Assembly: GCA_018901615.1 (NCBI GenBank)
Contig: JAHIEN010000083.1
Coordinates: 1-42,910 of the forward strand
From: Candidatus Omnitrophota bacterium
GTDB lineage: Bacteria > Omnitrophota > Gorgyraeia > Gorgyraeales > Gorgyraeaceae
Direction of reading: 5' to 3'
Length of the DNA stretch: 42,910 nt
The notes below the pieces were generated by a model that saw nothing but the letters and a program-made list of their open reading frames with translations, was not told the origin of the DNA and did no database searches. Positions 8,163-16,239 of this stretch are shown here, in pieces; the first letter of the stretch is position 1; each line of letters begins with the position of its first letter. The translations under genes and the position numbers were made by a program.

Positions 8163-10079
8163 TTATAGTTTACTTCTGACTTGTGCATATCCGTTCAATA
8201 CCCTACCTGTATGCCGCGACTCAATCACAATACTCTCTACGCCGTTATTATCCATGGCTACTATGTTTCCGTCTGATACCTTAAGTGAAACAGTTTCTTT
8301 TAAAACATTGTCTATGAGAAAGTCCATATCTTTCGGCAACGCCTCTTTGCTGACATTGTCCTTCATATCCAAAAGAGTGCGTAGCCATATCAGGCTCTCT
8401 TCTTTTAAACCAAGTATACCCAATCTCTTTTCCCAAATCGAGCGTTGCGAGTCGCTAGCAGCGTTTATTAATTCTCTTACGGCAAAATCTCTCACGCTTC
8501 TATTTTTATCATCAAGAAACCCATAATCATTTTCTGCTTTTATACCAAGTTTTGTTAAAGAGATAGCGGACGATTCATATGTCGTAGTTGTCAAAAACCC
8601 TCTCCCGTAAGAATCTAAAATAAAAGCGCTTATTCTTATATGCTTATCGTCTATTATTTCCACGCCGGGTATAATAAAATCTGAAGATATATCTACATCC
8701 GGCCTTGCCCCAGTTACGGAAGAAGCAATAAAAATCCTTTCAGGGTACCCAGAAGCATCTTTTTCTGTTATTATCGCCTCTGGATTTTCGATGCCAAGTT
8801 CTTTAAAATCTCTTATGTCCTCAGGCGAATATCTATTCCAACCAGAAATATTTTTGCCATTAAGGTCCTTGGAAGAATGAACCATCCTGACCCTGGAAAT
8901 GCCATTACCATCCGCGTTAATCCTGCCAGCCCCTATCAGACCTGTGGCAAAGCCTTCAATCCCGCCGCTAGCTCCCAAAACAATCGTATATTTCTTTCCT
9001 TTATAAGTCGGCACTCCCAGAGGAGCCACGACTCTCACAAAAGCGTCTCCGTCAGGAACTGTAGAATACGTTATCTTGTTGCCTTTTGCCTGTAAATCCT
9101 TCATTGTATTTTCATTATATTCATGCCTAGTTCTTTCTAGAAAAACAATATGCGCTTCTTCGCCTAGCTGCTCAACGGTTACGCCGCGTTCATTCGCGAT
9201 ATTCTGCAGAATAACGTCTGGCTCAAGCAATGCCGGAGAAAACGGCTTTTTGCCCTCTTTTCCATATGGCATCCCAGGATAAGAAACTGATATCACATAA
9301 CGATCGTGGCAAAAAGGTATCTTATATTTTGCCAAGACCTTTCCTTTTATATACTCCAAATATTCCTGCAGCAGTTTTCCAGCCTTATAAGCATCTTTTC
9401 TTAGCAGGGTTTCAGATTTCGCATTAAGCTTTGTGAGAAAGAATAAAGACCATGCGCCTTTTTCGCTTACTGCTTGCGCATTTGTATTTTCTAGAGGGTC
9501 GGCATGAACAATATATAGGCCTTTCTTGCCGTTCGGATTTATAACTTGCTTTACTTTTAATGCAGGCGCACCATCCCGAGTTTTTCCCTCACTTCCCCCT
9601 ATAATAATCGCAATATCCAGATCTTTGGCAATATTCATTAACATTTTTTCCAGTATACTAACAGTTCCGCCATCCGCTATAGCTTTTTTTTCTTTCGCAT
9701 TTTTATATTCCTCTCCGGTAGCAGGATTAATAGCGTATCCTGCGTTAAAATATGCGCTAAGCGCCGCCATATTCGTAGTATGAAGCGATAAGGTAACGAC
9801 CTTATCTTTATACGGGCTGTCTAAATCATCATATTTTAAGCCGGAAATCTGGGTAAAAGAAGTATCAACAAGTTTAAGACCATATGAAGCTATTGCTTCG
9901 CTGGTGTTTTCCGGATTATAGGTTTTTCGGGCGAGTTCTAGCCTATCCTTGGATACCCCTAAGGGCAATCTTAAACTTGCTGATGTCTGAATATCCTGAG
10001 GATAAACTGCGCTTGTGGATATAAAAATAAATACGAGCAGAAATGATATAATTTTGTTTGCTGATTTGCCGGTAAGCAC
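8163..10079 (-). CDS. Exported GlpX-like (class II fructose-1,6-bisphosphatase fold) protein with N- and C-terminal extensions
   Basis: 638 aa with a GTG start preceded by AAAAGGAGAAA and an N-terminal hydrophobic signal/anchor (KIISFLLVFIFISTSAV). Blocks collinear with GlpX: IADGG (D136), IIGGSEGK (E164), HADPLEN (D193/E196), VPDGDA (D343/D345), LGASGGIEG (E375) and IFIASSVTG. CDS confidence is high. Confidence in the fold call is about 0.55. Confidence 0.8.
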   Translation of the reverse strand: MLTGKSANKIISFLLVFIFISTSAVYPQDIQTSASLRLPLGVSKDRLELARKTYNPENTSEAIASYGLKLVDTSFTQISGLKYDDLDSPYKDKVVTLSLHTTNMAALSAYFNAGYAINPATGEEYKNAKEKKAIADGGTVSILEKMLMNIAKDLDIAIIIGGSEGKTRDGAPALKVKQVINPNGKKGLYIVHADPLENTNAQAVSEKGAWSLFFLTKLNAKSETLLRKDAYKAGKLLQEYLEYIKGKVLAKYKIPFCHDRYVISVSYPGMPYGKEGKKPFSPALLEPDVILQNIANERGVTVEQLGEEAHIVFLERTRHEYNENTMKDLQAKGNKITYSTVPDGDAFVRVVAPLGVPTYKGKKYTIVLGASGGIEGFATGLIGAGRINADGNGISRVRMVHSSKDLNGKNISGWNRYSPEDIRDFKELGIENPEAIITEKDASGYPERIFIASSVTGARPDVDISSDFIIPGVEIIDDKHIRISAFILDSYGRGFLTTTTYESSAISLTKLGIKAENDYGFLDDKNRSVRDFAVRELINAASDSQRSIWEKRLGILGLKEESLIWLRTLLDMKDNVSKEALPKDMDFLIDNVLKETVSLKVSDGNIVAMDNNGVESIVIESRHTGRVLNGYAQVRSKL

Positions 10080-10116
10080 TTTCTCCTTTTAGTTTATCTT
10101 ATAAATCATTTATAAA

Positions 10117-10145
10117 AGTATATCACAATATAATCTTTTTGTCAA
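10117..10145 (-). promoter_or_regulatory. Sigma70-type promoter with extended -10, upstream of the GlpX-like gene
   Basis: The minus strand reads TTGACA (10145..10140), a 17-nt spacer ending in TGa, then TATACT (10122..10117). It lies about 37 nt upstream of the GTG start. Confidence 0.6.
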
Positions 10146-10181
10146 TAAATATTTTTGACAAATATTTTGATAGAGGTCTAA

Positions 10182-12140
10182 TTATTCAATGATTATGTCG
10201 CATTCAGGTATGGAACTCAAAAATGCCTTGCCATAAAACTTGTTTATTATGCGGCTGTCAAGGATCGCTATTATACCTGTATCGCTCTTGCTCCTTACCA
10301 GTCTGCCAACCCCCTGCTTGAACCTGAGCACTGCTTCCGGCAGGTTGTACTCAAGAAAGGCGTCCCCTCCTTTTTTCTGTATTTCTTCTGCGCGGGCCTC
10401 GATTACAGGGTGATCAGGGACAGCAAACGGCAGTTTTGTGATTATTACGTTAGACAAGGCTTCGCCCTGGACATCTATGCCCTGCCAGAAACTGTCTACG
10501 CCGAACAATATAGAGCCTTTTTCTTTTTTAAAACTTGAAAGCATCTTGCTTCTGCCAAGGCCGCTGCCTTGTTTCAATACATTAAAACCCTTGTCACTGA
10601 GAAATGATTCGAGTTCTTCATATACTATATTCATCAAAGCATAGCTCGTAAATAACACAAATGCCCTTCCGTTTGTAAGCTCTATGTATTTTTTTGTCTT
10701 TTCCGCGACTGCCGCGGCGTATTCAGTAAGCTGGCTCGGCAAAGGCATGTCTTTCGCTATATACATCCTGACCTGATTTTTGTAATCAAAGGGGGAGCCT
10801 AATTTTAATTCCTTTGCCTCGTCTATCCCCAGCCTTTTTCTTAAGTACTGGAATGAGTCGTTTCCCACGGAAAGCGTCGCACTTGTCAATATGACAGGCC
10901 TGCGCGTGGAAAAAACCCTTTCTTTGAGCAGGTTGCCTATGTTGATCGGGGCGGCATTGATCGAAATATTGCTATTGCGAAGCCGCCTTGAACACTCTAT
11001 CCAGTATACGCAATCCTCTATTGTCTGTTCGAGTATGATCTCAAGTGAATCTTTTAGCGCGTTGAGCTTCCTGATAAAAGACGAGATTTCAAGTTCTTCC
11101 TCTTTGTTTCTCGCTATTTTTTTGGCGTTCAGTAATGACTCAACCAGCTTGGAAAGCGGCGCTTCGAGGGAATTATCCACGAAACCAGCCTTCCTTATCC
11201 TCAATGAATCAACTTCTCCTCCGAGTTTTCTCCCTTCAAAATATTCCTTTATCTCTTTAAAAAAAGAGTCTGATCTTTTGCGTATCACCTCGACCCATTC
11301 CATAGGCTCCTGATCGCCCAGCGTCAACAAGAACCCTTTTTGCTTTTTCAGGTTAAACAAAAGGTCCATAAGGTATTTGATCCCTGAATTCGTTACGCTG
11401 GTGCCCATATGTTCCGTGGCAACATTCTCTATGCTGTGCGCCTCGTCAAAGACAAGGACGTCGCATTCAGGGAGGAGTTTTTTTTGCTCTTCCTGCATGG
11501 CAAGGTTTGAAAAAAAGAGGTGGTGGTTCACGACCAGGATCCTGGCTTCGCGTATTTTTTCCCTGGCCTTTTGAAAAAAACATTGCTTGTAATAAGGGCA
11601 TTTTTTCCCAAGACAGGACTCTGAGTCGACAGAGACCATATCCCACACCTTTGAATCAGGTTCCCCCTCCATGTCATAGAGCGAACCGTCTATTGTATTG
11701 TAAGACCACGTCATTATCATGGCGAACTGGCGCATCTCATATTCGTCGGCGAATAGGTCTTTTTGCTTCAAATTCGACCTGTTCAATCTCCTGAGGCATA
11801 GGTAATTGTGCCTGCCCTTTACAAGCAGGGCCTTAAAATCTATATCGAGCGCTTTTTCAAGAAAAGGGATATCTTTATGTACGATCTGTTCCTGGAGATT
11901 GATGGTATTGGTGGAGATGATCGCGACGCCTTCTGTCTCAAGCGCAAACCTGGCAACAGGGACCAGATAAGAAAAGCTTTTGCCGACCCCGGTACCTGCC
12001 TCGACTATGAGCGTATCTGAGTTCAGGATGGCCTTCCCGACTGCCATGGCCATTGAGACCTGTTCGTCTCTTGTCTCGTAGTCTGGCATGGCCCTGGCTA
12101 CAGGACCGTCTTTATCAAAAACACTATCTATATAATCCAT
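10182..12140 (-). CDS. dinG: ATP-dependent DNA helicase, DinG/XPD (Rad3-like) family
   Basis: 652 aa with Walker A AGTGVGKS and the DEAH box VFDEAHSIEN. Four cysteines (CLRRL ... CLGKKCPYYKQC) are positioned like the Fe-S domain of XPD/DinG helicases. Confidence 0.9.
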   Translation of the reverse strand: MDYIDSVFDKDGPVARAMPDYETRDEQVSMAMAVGKAILNSDTLIVEAGTGVGKSFSYLVPVARFALETEGVAIISTNTINLQEQIVHKDIPFLEKALDIDFKALLVKGRHNYLCLRRLNRSNLKQKDLFADEYEMRQFAMIMTWSYNTIDGSLYDMEGEPDSKVWDMVSVDSESCLGKKCPYYKQCFFQKAREKIREARILVVNHHLFFSNLAMQEEQKKLLPECDVLVFDEAHSIENVATEHMGTSVTNSGIKYLMDLLFNLKKQKGFLLTLGDQEPMEWVEVIRKRSDSFFKEIKEYFEGRKLGGEVDSLRIRKAGFVDNSLEAPLSKLVESLLNAKKIARNKEEELEISSFIRKLNALKDSLEIILEQTIEDCVYWIECSRRLRNSNISINAAPINIGNLLKERVFSTRRPVILTSATLSVGNDSFQYLRKRLGIDEAKELKLGSPFDYKNQVRMYIAKDMPLPSQLTEYAAAVAEKTKKYIELTNGRAFVLFTSYALMNIVYEELESFLSDKGFNVLKQGSGLGRSKMLSSFKKEKGSILFGVDSFWQGIDVQGEALSNVIITKLPFAVPDHPVIEARAEEIQKKGGDAFLEYNLPEAVLRFKQGVGRLVRSKSDTGIIAILDSRIINKFYGKAFLSSIPECDIIIE

Positions 12141-12144
12141 AATG

Positions 12145-12783
12145 TCAAGGTCGTTTCTTTTTAAATAGCGATAATTTTTTTTCTTCGCCGTCCTTTAAGC
12201 GCCTTAGATTAGACCTGTGCTTATAGACAATAATAAGACATAACGCGCTCATGAAGATCGTCAGCTCTGCCGATTGATTAAACGCAAGCGTGAATATTGG
12301 TATTGATACAGACGCTACAATCGAAGCTATAGACACATAGCCGGTGATAAGAAAGATTATCAGCCAGATCAGGAAACCAAGCCAGAATATATTTGCCGCA
12401 AGCCCTATTACAACGCCTGCGCTTGTTGCCACGCCCTTGCCGCCTTTGAACTTGAGAAACACTGTCCAATTATGACCTGCTATTGCCGCCAAGCCCATAA
12501 ATACCTTATACAGTTCAGGCCTTGCCACAGGCGATAGGTACATAAATAAACCGGCAAGGTAAGTTACGCATAAAAATCCCTTAAGTATGTCAATTGCCAG
12601 AACTATAAGACCAGGCACCCTGCCTATTACCCTTAATGTATTTGTGGCGCCTACATTTCCGCTTCCGAATTGTCTTATGTCTATACCCCTGAACACCCTT
12701 CCGAATATATAACCAGTAGGTATCGAACCTATCACATACGCGGCAAATATACCTGAAAAAAGTATAAGATTAGCCATAACCAC
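12145..12783 (-). CDS. plsY: Glycerol-3-phosphate acyltransferase PlsY
   Basis: 212-aa polytopic membrane protein with the motifs GSGNVGATN and KGGKGVAT. Confidence 0.92.
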   Translation of the reverse strand: MVMANLILFSGIFAAYVIGSIPTGYIFGRVFRGIDIRQFGSGNVGATNTLRVIGRVPGLIVLAIDILKGFLCVTYLAGLFMYLSPVARPELYKVFMGLAAIAGHNWTVFLKFKGGKGVATSAGVVIGLAANIFWLGFLIWLIIFLITGYVSIASIVASVSIPIFTLAFNQSAELTIFMSALCLIIVYKHRSNLRRLKDGEEKKLSLFKKKRP

Positions 12784-12805
12784 CTCTCTGCTCCGTTTTA
12801 TTTAT

Positions 12806-14125
12806 TTAGAATATCTTTTTTTTAAAACTGACCTTTATCGGGATCCCCTCTAATCCCAGCTCTTTCCTTAAAACATTTACTATGTGTCTTCTGTTCGGGT
12901 CATCTATCGTCGCTGGATTTTTCGCGATAATCTCAAATTCAGGCACCGCATTTTTTGCCTGCCTTATTGAATATAATCTTGTCGCCTTGATCGTTATCTG
13001 TTTTAATATCTCATTCAGCAGGCTTGTTGAAAAGTTTGTCTGAGACTTTCCGGCAAGCGCATAGCTGGCGTCAAGCGCCTTTTGAATATTTTTCCCTGTC
13101 AGTGCCGATATAAAAATTATGGACGCGTAGTCAATAAATCTTAAGCCCCTGCGGATAACCAACTCGTAGTCTTTTTCTTTCAGGCCCTGCTTAAGGCATA
13201 GGTCCCATTTATTGACTACAAGCGCAAAAGGTTTCATGTAATCTTGTATCATGCCTATTATCTTAAAGTCTTCCTTAGTCAACCCGACCATGCCATCGAT
13301 AATGACCAGTATTACATCGCTCCTTTTTATGGCCTCTTCTGTCCTTACTATGCTGAAATATGTCACGTCATCTTTTATCTTGCCCTTGGACCGTATGCCC
13401 GCGGTATCGATAATGACAAATCTTTTTCCTTGCCTCTCGAAGTTTGTATCCACTGAATCGCGCGTAGTGCCTGGCTCCGGACTCACAATAACACGTTCTT
13501 CGCCCAGGACAGTATTGACAAAAGAAGATTTGCCGGAATTCGGTCTGCCTACTATGGCTATCTTTATACCTGTCCAGGGCGAGGACTTGGACATGCTATC
13601 TGTCCAGGGCGAGACCTTGGACAGATTAACGACTTTATCCAACAAATCATTTATTCCTATCCCGTGCATGCTTGATATGGCTATTGGCTCGCCAAAACCC
13701 AGGCTGTAAAATTCAAGGCTGTTCTGTAAAAGCTGCCGGTTGTCAGCTTTATTGACCACAAGTATGATCTCTTTATTAAAGTTCCTTAAGAGCTCGCCTA
13801 TTTTACGGTCCATAGGCACGACGCCTGTTTTTATGTCACAGACAAAGATAATCTTATCAGCTTGTTCCGCGGCGATCGTAACCTGCTTTTCAACCTGTTC
13901 GGGTATATCTTTTTTATTAACAAAATCCAGGCCGCCTGTATCAATAAGTTCAAAGACACAGCCCGCGTAATCAACGATCTCGATGATCCTGTCCCTGGTC
14001 GTCGGCCCGGTCTTTTCAACAATGGCCTTGCGCTTTCCAGTGATCCTGTTAAAGAGGGTTGATTTGCCTACATTGGCACGTCCGACTATAGCTATATTTA
14101 GGTGGGGACGGCTGCTACGCTTCAT
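12806..14125 (-). CDS. der: Ribosome-biogenesis GTPase Der (EngA), double GTPase domain
   Basis: 439 aa with two G1 motifs (GRANVGKST and GRPNSGKSS) plus DTGG/DTAG and NKAD/NKWD. The inter-domain linker carries an in-frame 30-bp tandem duplication. Confidence 0.95.
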   Translation of the reverse strand: MKRSSRPHLNIAIVGRANVGKSTLFNRITGKRKAIVEKTGPTTRDRIIEIVDYAGCVFELIDTGGLDFVNKKDIPEQVEKQVTIAAEQADKIIFVCDIKTGVVPMDRKIGELLRNFNKEIILVVNKADNRQLLQNSLEFYSLGFGEPIAISSMHGIGINDLLDKVVNLSKVSPWTDSMSKSSPWTGIKIAIVGRPNSGKSSFVNTVLGEERVIVSPEPGTTRDSVDTNFERQGKRFVIIDTAGIRSKGKIKDDVTYFSIVRTEEAIKRSDVILVIIDGMVGLTKEDFKIIGMIQDYMKPFALVVNKWDLCLKQGLKEKDYELVIRRGLRFIDYASIIFISALTGKNIQKALDASYALAGKSQTNFSTSLLNEILKQITIKATRLYSIRQAKNAVPEFEIIAKNPATIDDPNRRHIVNVLRKELGLEGIPIKVSFKKKIF

Positions 14126-14663
14126 TTAATTGCCTTGAGCCGCGCCAGATGTAGTCTATACCTGAGAGTATGGTAAAAAAAGCAGCTGGGTATACGAAGA
14201 ACCTGTGAGAACGAAACACCGTCAGTATTGCCAGGATGGCTATCATTTGAAAAAATGTCGTAGCCTTACCCAGAAAGCTTGGTTTTATGGTGACATCACC
14301 CTTGAGAAAATATATAATCACTGAGCCAAGGACTATGATAATATCTCTTGTCAGGACAATAAGCACTACCCATGCAGGGATACGTAAATCAGGAGGTAAA
14401 TTCTTAGTGACAGACAGGGCTATAAAAGCGCTGGCGATAAGCAGTTTGTCTGCCACAGGATCCAGTACAACGCCAAGTTCTGTTACCTGGCCGCGGCTCC
14501 TGGCTATACCGCCGTCAATAGCATCTGTAAGAGCGGCCAGCGCGAACAAGGCTAGCGCGACAAACCTGAAGTAAGGCCTTGCCTCCCCATAATAGAGGAT
14601 GCTGGCTATAAAAAAAGGGATCAGTAATATACGGAATATGGTGATCTTGTTGGCCAGGTTCAT
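14115..14663 (-). CDS. pgsA: CDP-diacylglycerol--glycerol-3-phosphate 3-phosphatidyltransferase
   Basis: 182 aa with the CDP-alcohol phosphotransferase motif DAIDGGIARSRGQVTELGVVLDPVADK. It overlaps der by 11 nt. Confidence 0.92.
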   Translation of the reverse strand: MNLANKITIFRILLIPFFIASILYYGEARPYFRFVALALFALAALTDAIDGGIARSRGQVTELGVVLDPVADKLLIASAFIALSVTKNLPPDLRIPAWVVLIVLTRDIIIVLGSVIIYFLKGDVTIKPSFLGKATTFFQMIAILAILTVFRSHRFFVYPAAFFTILSGIDYIWRGSRQLNEA

Positions 14664-14674
14664 ATTGTCTGCGG

Positions 14675-14717
14675 CTTAACTTGACAAAACGAGTAATACT
14701 CGAAGTGTCAAGTTAAG
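14675..14717. repeat. Composite hairpin between acsC and pgsA
   Basis: CTTAACTTGACA (14675-14686) pairs with TGTCAAGTTAAG (14706-14717), with an inner CGAGTA/TACTCG stem. There is no U-tract. Confidence 0.7.
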
Positions 14718-14756
14718 GGGTTTGTAAATCGTTACCAATCACTTTTGCATTCTTCG

Positions 14757-16094
14757 CTATTTCCATACCTCTTTTAAATATTTCGGTATTCCTGACGCCT
14801 CTTTAGGGCCTACCATTACGTTCCATCCAGACGCGTCCTCGAGTTTGCCGCTTAAGACAGATACATAGCCTGGTATGATTATCTTTTTGTGAGATACCAC
14901 ATTTTCCAGTTCAAGTTTTTTCATTGTATCAGCTATGATCTCCGGCGTAAATTTTTCAGCTGCCCATGCTGTTAAAACGCTCATGCCTTCTGAATCCGTC
15001 ACAAGAAGATATGCCGGCATTTTACTCGCCTCTATCTCAGGAGAGACCGTATAGAACGTAAGGGAAAAATTAGTCGTGACCATAACCGGGGAATTTTTAT
15101 CAACAGCGCCAAAGGGATAGAGTTTTGGCTCAACAGTCACGGGTTTTTGCGGGTCTGTGTAGATATTCTGGCGCAGCGTCACGATCGGCAGTAAGACCTC
15201 TTTATCAAGAGAGTCCAGCACGATAAGGCCCGCATACTTTGCAATGCATACGCTCGCGTCCTGCACTATTCTGTATTTATCATCACTATTAATAAAGGAA
15301 ATGATGGGGTACCCAAGCGGCCTGTAATTTTTCTTTAGACTTGCCCTTCTTATCTGTGTAAAATCGTTTAACGCCTGATTCAATGTCTCTGGCAGAGGAT
15401 CAAGCACCAGCCCTTCCGCGCCCAGGGACATTGCTTCCTGACTTAGTTTGTCAAGTTCATCCAGGCCTTTTGCCTTTATGGCCATAGGCGCCTTATAATC
15501 CTTTGACAGTCTGCACATGTCTTTAAGATTAGAGCCGCTGGCAGCGTATATCAGCGGCCTCCTGTCAGCGCATTTTTTTAAAGCCTCTTCTATTGTCTTT
15601 GCGTCATCGCTCGCGAGTATTATAGCCTTTTTTGAATTTGCGATTATCTTATCAAGGGCCGCGATAAATTTTTCAGAAGTCCCGCTTTTATTGACAATGG
15701 CTATCATGTCAATGGTTATATGCTGGCCAACGCGCTCAAAACTCATCTCCTCTATGTCTTTGACGCGCTGGTCCATGTCAGCGGCTGGCAGTATATCGTC
15801 CACGCTTAAGGCTATCGCTGTCTGATGATAAAATGTCTTTTCATGCCTGAAGAGGACTGTCTCTCCCCCCACTACCACTTCATTGTCCCCGGAACCAATG
15901 GATATGGCCGCTATCGGAGGCCTGGCCGCCTGATCCAATGCCTTTTTCGCTTCCTCTGTCACGTCAGGGCATTGATCCAGGGACGCCTTTTTCATCGCCA
16001 GTTTCATGGCAAAAGTAAGGCAGGTTGGAGAACCGCATTTTTTACAGTTGGTCTTCGGTAATAATTTGTATATATCTAAGCCAGATAGCGCCAT
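14757..16094 (-). CDS. acsC: Corrinoid iron-sulfur protein large subunit (AcsC/CdhE type)
   Basis: 445 aa. The N-terminal [4Fe-4S] motif CKKCGSPTCLTFAMKLAMKKASLDQCP and the length match AcsC. A strong SD (AAGGAGATAAA) precedes the ATG. Confidence 0.92.
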   Translation of the reverse strand: MALSGLDIYKLLPKTNCKKCGSPTCLTFAMKLAMKKASLDQCPDVTEEAKKALDQAARPPIAAISIGSGDNEVVVGGETVLFRHEKTFYHQTAIALSVDDILPAADMDQRVKDIEEMSFERVGQHITIDMIAIVNKSGTSEKFIAALDKIIANSKKAIILASDDAKTIEEALKKCADRRPLIYAASGSNLKDMCRLSKDYKAPMAIKAKGLDELDKLSQEAMSLGAEGLVLDPLPETLNQALNDFTQIRRASLKKNYRPLGYPIISFINSDDKYRIVQDASVCIAKYAGLIVLDSLDKEVLLPIVTLRQNIYTDPQKPVTVEPKLYPFGAVDKNSPVMVTTNFSLTFYTVSPEIEASKMPAYLLVTDSEGMSVLTAWAAEKFTPEIIADTMKKLELENVVSHKKIIIPGYVSVLSGKLEDASGWNVMVGPKEASGIPKYLKEVWK

Positions 16095-16239
16095 TTTATC
16101 TCCTTAATGAGCACTTGACTTACGGAACGAGCGAAGCGAGTAAACGTAAGTCAATGTGCGAATTAACCCCCACACCAATTGGGAGGTATAAGTTTCTTTC
16201 CAACCAATTGGTGTGGGGGTAAGTTCGGGGTGTCCTCAC
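16095..16239 (-). repeat. Structured intergenic element, copy 1 (acsB-acsC spacer)
   Basis: The minus strand has a perfect 16-bp hairpin: CCCCCACACCAATTGG at 16167-16182 pairs with 16204-16219. Next come GGTGTGGGGGTTAATTCGCAC, a second hairpin (TTGACTTACG/CGTAAGTCAA) and the terminus GTGCTCATTAA. The SD and acsC ATG follow immediately. Confidence 0.75.

Noticed and set aside
10139-10161. 7-bp inverted repeat TTGTCAA-N9-TTGACAA overlapping the -35 element of the GlpX-like gene promoter. It could be an operator or a divergent promoter.
   Set aside because: No plus-strand gene exists for a divergent promoter, and the plus-strand -10 candidate is poor. A 7-bp palindrome in AT-rich DNA is weak evidence for an operator. 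I note it only as a possibility.
12278-12469. Same-strand alternative-frame ORFs nested in real genes (also 13831-14022, 16385-16630, 30431-30637, 37021-37221, 40497-40925, 5302-5532).
   Set aside because: Each is fully embedded out of frame in a gene with strong homology (plsY, der, acsB, murA, polA, the BNR protein, trpB). They are Arg-rich or otherwise nonsense sequences, and nothing supports overlapping coding.
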